Part shown: positions 59,996 to 64,000 of the stretch, in pieces | Layout: every line of letters begins with the position of its first letter | Position numbering within the stretch: position 1 is the stretch's first letter | Source: an uncultured Nitrososphaerota archaeon | GTDB lineage: Archaea > Thermoproteota > EX4484-205 > JAAOZO01 | DNA: 64,000 nt | Assembly (NCBI GenBank): GCA_964408285.1 | Contig: CAYOYV010000003.1 | Span: 96,001-160,000, forward strand | Reading direction: 5' to 3' | The notes under the pieces: generated by a model | Databases searched by the model: none | The model's input: the letters and a program-made list of their open reading frames with translations, nothing else | What the model was told of the DNA's origin: nothing | Made by a program: the position numbers and the translations under genes

Positions 59996-61356
59996 TCATC
60001 CTCGTTCAATGTCTTCTAGGAAGTCGGTCAGTACATCCTCCAGATTCGGAAGGCCGATCTCTTTCAGCTCATATCTGACATGGACTGCGGCCTTGTTGAT
60101 CTTGAGCAATCCATTAAGCCTGATGGGAGTTGCGCTCACAACAACGTCTGCTGTTGTGCTATTTATCGTTTCTTCTAACTCCTTCATCTGCTGAGGCCCG
60201 TATCCCATCGCCGGAAGGACCTTTGTAACATGCGGAAAGCTCTCGAATGTCCTCTTCAGGCTACCGACTGCATACTCAATTGGATTCACGATCTCACTCG
60301 CCTGGAATTGCCTTGCTGCAAGATATCCTGCCCCGTACGACATGCCTCCATGGGTTATGGTTGGTCCATCCTCTATGACAAGAGCTCGTTTTCCCCTAAT
60401 CATCTCAGGCTTCTCGACGTAGATCTCTGAAGATGCTCTGACAATGAGTGCATTCGGGTTTTTGGATCGCACGTTGTCCATCACGATGGAGATGCTTCTC
60501 TCGCTTGCAGTATTCACTTTGTTGACTATTATTATGTCCGCCATTCTGACGTTAGTCTCGCCAGGGTGATATTCTATCTCGTCGCCGGGACGCATGGGAT
60601 CGACTACTGTTATGAGGAGATCCGGCTTGAAGAAGGGGAAATCATTGTTGCCTCCATCCCACACGATCACATCTGCTTCCTTCTCAGCCTCTTTCAAGAC
60701 CATGCTGTAGTCCACGCCAGCAAAAACAACTATTCCTCTCTCGAGATGAGGCTCATATTCCTCTCTTTCTTCAATCGTGCAACGTGCCCTGTCGAGATCA
60801 TCGAATCTCTCGAATCTCTGAATTGCTTCTTCCAGGAGATTTCCATATGGCATCGGGTGTCTGACGACAACCGGGTTCTTTGCCTTCTTCCGCAATATGT
60901 CAACGACCCTCCTTGTGGTCTGACTCTTTCCTGATCCAGTCCTACCCGCGCAAATCGCTATAAGTGGCTTGCTTGATTTCAGCATCGTATCGTTAGGCCC
61001 AAGCAGCATGAAGGACGCCCCTGACGAAAGCACCTCACTGGCCTTGTGCATGACATATTCGTGAGATACATCGGAGTATGAAAACACAACAAGATCAACC
61101 CTCTGATCTCTTATTGTCTCGGAAAGGTCTTCTTCAGGGATGATCGGTATTTCGTTTGAATAAAGCAAACCTGCCAATGATCGGGGATATCTCCTATTCT
61201 GGATGTTCGGGATCTGGGTCGCCGTGAACGCTACAACTTCATACTGGGAGTTGTCTCTGAAGAAGACATTGAAGTTGTGGAATGCGCGGAGTGCAAGAAT
61301 ACTTGCCCTCGATCGCGTCCCGCGGCTCCCATAATGATCACCTTGCGTCTTGCCAG
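59996..61356 (-). CDS. COG2403 P-loop protein (arginine synthetase ArcE / cyclic 2,3-diphosphoglycerate synthetase-like); two exons 61356-61312 and 61282-59996
   Basis: FTATQIP, RTGSGKSQT, RHPMPYG, EEREEYE, WDGGNND, EDGPTITHG, LPAMGY. The N-terminus LARRKVIIMGAAGRD is in another frame and joins FHNFN only after removing 29 nt. Spliced product is 443 aa from CTG 61356, downstream of SD GGAGGTGA. Confidence 0.88.
61283..61311 (-). other. Putative 29-nt bulge-helix-bulge (BHB) pre-mRNA intron
   Basis: mRNA: GGA-CGCG-AU^C-GAGGGCAAG-UAUU-CUUGCACUC-CGCG-CA^U-UCC. 4-bp central helix with two 3-nt bulges; excision gives GGA CGC GAU UUC CAC (G-R-D-F-H). Confidence 0.85.
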
Positions 61357-61362
61357 GTCTCA

Positions 61363-61370
61363 TCACCTCC
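61363..61370 (-). promoter_or_regulatory. Shine-Dalgarno sequence GGAGGTGA
   Basis: Strong anti-SD complement 6 nt upstream of CTG 61356. Confidence 0.7.
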
Positions 61371-61494
61371 GTAATAGTTTAATGAGTTTCTATCCTGCAT
61401 CCTAGTTCCAGCTATTTATCCTTGAACATTGAAGCTTTCCTTGCCGGTTTCAGTGCAGGCCCGACAGGAATTCCAGGGACTCCCGCGAATCGCA

Positions 61495-63609
61495 TTACCT
61501 AGCAGTTCTTCCTTCAAGCCATTCAGGCCGATATCGGCTCAATGATAAGGAATTCAACGTCACTGTCATCGAACTCAATGCCATGGCCAGAGCAGAGAAA
61601 ATGGGACTTAGGAGGACACCAGTCAAAGGGTACAGAACGCCAGCTGCAAGAGGAATCAATGCTACGTTGTAGACGAAGGCCCAAAATAGGTTCTCCCTAA
61701 TTTTCCTGGAAATGAGTCTGCTCACGTCAATTGCCAGTGCAACTCCTCGGGGATCGTCGCCGACCAATATGATCTGACCTGTCTCCTTCGCTACATCAGT
61801 TCCACCTCCCATTGCAATGCCCACGTCCGCTGCCGCTAAGGCGGGCGCATCGTTTATCCCATCACCGACCATTGCGATGATCCGGTTCTCTGACCTAAGT
61901 CCTCTTACAATGTCAATTTTGTCTTGGGGGAGGACCCCGGCGATGACCTCACCTATCCCAAGTTTCCCAGCTATGGCGTCTGCCACAATCTGGTTATCGC
62001 CCGTGAGCATGGCTGTTTCTATGTTTCTGCGAGCCAGTAACTCGACTGCTTCCCGGGAATGGATTTTCGGCACATCGGCCACAGCAAGGATGCCAATCAA
62101 ATCACCATCCAATGCAACCAGAAAAGCTGTATTCCCCAGATTCTCTGATTCACTTAGCTTTTTGGCCATTTCTTGATCCAAGCGCAGTCCCTCTGTCTCG
62201 ATCAGTCTCTTTGTCCCGACAATGACCTGCCGACCATTCACGACCGAGCGCAATCCTCCCGGCAGAACCTTGGTCAGATCTGCGCGATCCGGCTTTATCT
62301 CTCTTCGTTTGGCCTCCTCAAGTATCGCCTTTGCGATGGGATGTTCAGAACCGGCCTCTGCAGAGGCAGAGAATAAGAGAACGTCGAGTTCCCGCATGCC
62401 ACCACGTGGCAATATTGAGACAACAGAAGGTCTTCCCGTCGTAAGCGTTCCTGTCTTGTCGAACACAACCATAGTGACCTTTCTTACTCGTTCTAACTCT
62501 TCCCCTCCCTTAATCAGTACCCCAAATTGAGCGGCTCTTGAGAATCCTACGGTCAAAGCAGCTGGGGTTGCCAAGCCGAGGGCACAGGGGCAAGCTATTA
62601 TCAGAACCGCAATCGCAGTCGTCAGGGCAAAGCTCAACGGCATCCGACCGAGAAAAAGCCAGATGCTGAAGGACAGGATCGATGTCAGAACCACAATGGG
62701 TACGAATCTGCTCGCTATAGCGTCTGCTAATTTCTGTGCTGGTGATCGAGTGAGAATTGCTTCTTCTATCAGGCCAGTTATTTGAGAAAGGGTCGAATCC
62801 GCTACCGTTCTGGTAGTCCTTATCTTGACAAACCCATTGAGATTCACTGATCCGGCGAAGACTTGGCTTCCCGGGGATATGTCAACTGGTATCGACTCAC
62901 CCGTAATAGGCGACATGTCCGCAGATGAGGAACCTTCCATGACTTGTCCATCAACTGGAATCCTCGATCCGGGTCTGACAGCTAATGTGTCATCCACTCT
63001 GACCTCCTCCACTCTTACCTCCTTCTCTAGGCCATCTTGAACGAGAGTGGCCATGGGTGGCTGAAGCTCCAGTAATCTTGTCACCGATTCAGAGGCCCGC
63101 TGTTTGGTCGAATGCTCTAGGAACCTGCCGAGGAGGATCAGCCCTATTATGAGTGCCGAATCAGCGAAATAGGTCGGCGGCATCTCGCCCGCTCCTTGCT
63201 GGATCATCTGGGGAAAGAACGTTGCAACAACGCTGTAGAAATAGGCCGCGGATGTCCCGATAGCTATGAGTGAGTCCATATTCGCTTGCCTAGACCTCAG
63301 TGCGTCAAGAAGTCCTCTATAGAATACATAACCAGCCCCAAACTGGATTGGAGTGACTAGAAGAAAAATGGCTACTCGTGTGAGTTGGGTGTCAGGAGAA
63401 ATCGCCACAAAATCTGATAGCATAGTCATCGCACCCACCGCCAAGCTGATGATTGACAGATCTCTGTATCTCCTGATTTCCCTTTCAGGCCTCAGGAACT
63501 CGTCGTAGCATGTCCTACTGCAGAAGTAGTAGGTTCTGCCTCTTCTGTCCAGTCTGAATCGGGTCGTGTTCTCATCCACATACATGCCGCACACTACGTC
63601 CCTTGCCAT
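61495..63609 (-). CDS. copA: Cu(I)-transporting P1B ATPase with N-terminal TRASH/YHS domain
   Basis: DVVCGM...YYFCS..C, TGES, CPCALGLA, DKTGTLT, SEHP, GDGINDAP, YN and MALSS Cu+ motifs. Confidence 0.95.
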   Translation of the reverse strand: MARDVVCGMYVDENTTRFRLDRRGRTYYFCSRTCYDEFLRPEREIRRYRDLSIISLAVGAMTMLSDFVAISPDTQLTRVAIFLLVTPIQFGAGYVFYRGLLDALRSRQANMDSLIAIGTSAAYFYSVVATFFPQMIQQGAGEMPPTYFADSALIIGLILLGRFLEHSTKQRASESVTRLLELQPPMATLVQDGLEKEVRVEEVRVDDTLAVRPGSRIPVDGQVMEGSSSADMSPITGESIPVDISPGSQVFAGSVNLNGFVKIRTTRTVADSTLSQITGLIEEAILTRSPAQKLADAIASRFVPIVVLTSILSFSIWLFLGRMPLSFALTTAIAVLIIACPCALGLATPAALTVGFSRAAQFGVLIKGGEELERVRKVTMVVFDKTGTLTTGRPSVVSILPRGGMRELDVLLFSASAEAGSEHPIAKAILEEAKRREIKPDRADLTKVLPGGLRSVVNGRQVIVGTKRLIETEGLRLDQEMAKKLSESENLGNTAFLVALDGDLIGILAVADVPKIHSREAVELLARRNIETAMLTGDNQIVADAIAGKLGIGEVIAGVLPQDKIDIVRGLRSENRIIAMVGDGINDAPALAAADVGIAMGGGTDVAKETGQIILVGDDPRGVALAIDVSRLISRKIRENLFWAFVYNVALIPLAAGVLYPLTGVLLSPIFSALAMALSSMTVTLNSLSLSRYRPEWLEGRTAR

Positions 63610-63615
63610 TCTCGG

Positions 63616-63873
63616 CTACCTCTTCTGTAACATCGGTCTATATCCAGATCGCACAATCTCCTTCTCCACTTCGTCCAGTGTAGCGTCGTCGCCGATGTAT
63701 CTGACTTTTATCTGCTGCGTGACGAAATTTAGAGTGGCTTCTTTTATTTTCTCATTTCTCTTGAAGGCCGATATCATTGATAGCCCACAGCTGTAGCAGT
63801 CAAGGCCCCCTATCCTATATATCGCGGTCTTTTCCGTTTCCTCTCCTCTCGTACCATGGGCGACCTCGTTCAT
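63616..63873 (-). CDS. Heavy-metal-associated (HMA) copper chaperone-like protein
   Basis: IGGLDCYSC, I...GY. Confidence 0.85.
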   Translation of the reverse strand: MNEVAHGTRGEETEKTAIYRIGGLDCYSCGLSMISAFKRNEKIKEATLNFVTQQIKVRYIGDDATLDEVEKEIVRSGYRPMLQKR

Positions 63874-63876
63874 CTG

Positions 63877-64000
63877 CTATCTCGCTAGCGATTTCTTGAG
63901 ATCCCCAACGCACATGGGACACAAGTAGTAAGTCTTTCCTGCCACGAATATCCTCGTTGCCGTTCTCGCGTCAACGAGCATCCCGCAGAAGGGATCCTTC
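63877..64000 (-). CDS. C-terminal TRASH/YHS domain of upstream protein (partial; possibly CopT/CopR-type regulator)
   Basis: Hand translation KDPFCGMLVDARTATRIFVAGKTYYLCPMCVGDLKKSLAR*. Confidence 0.75.
   Translation of the reverse strand, partial: KDPFCGMLVDARTATRIFVAGKTYYLCPMCVGDLKKSLAR

Noticed and set aside
61283-61366. ORF-track N-terminus MMRPGKTQGDHYGSRGTRSRASILALRA as the real protein start, or a simple frameshift/pseudogene
   Set aside because: The conserved VIIMGAAGRD motif is in another frame, the rest of the gene is intact, and the 29-nt excess coincides exactly with BHB cleavage sites.
1-64000. CRISPR arrays, tRNA/rRNA genes, IS elements, proviral genes
   Set aside because: No regularly spaced repeats, cloverleafs, or transposase/integrase motifs seen by eye. 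A tRNAscan/Infernal run would be needed to exclude small RNAs.

Overview
Gene-dense, roughly 50% GC chromosomal segment of an archaeon, most likely an uncultured TACK-type lineage (Bathyarchaeia/Brockarchaeota-like; this assignment is inference). Support: topoisomerase VI A/B, a single-OB SSB, an archaeal class IA FBP aldolase, Clp1, and TATA boxes about 30 nt upstream of start codons. It carries housekeeping and metabolic genes: sufS-sufU, hypFCDE, top6B-top6A-ssb, PPi-type PFK, argF, MTA deaminase/phosphorylase, several glycoside-hydrolase-like genes, a MacB-type ABC exporter and a copA cluster. I saw no rRNA, tRNA, CRISPR array or transposase. Top finding: the COG2403 (arginine synthetase ArcE / cDPGS-like) gene on the minus strand has a 29-nt insertion at 61283-61311. 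It splits the conserved GAAGRD|FHNFN motif, shifts the frame, and folds into a canonical bulge-helix-bulge (BHB) structure. Cutting at the standard archaeal splicing-endonuclease positions restores the motif and frame exactly, so this is a candidate pre-mRNA intron outside cbf5. Second finding: a tandem-AAA (CDC48-like D1-D2) ATPase fused to a Lon-type Ser-Lys protease domain.
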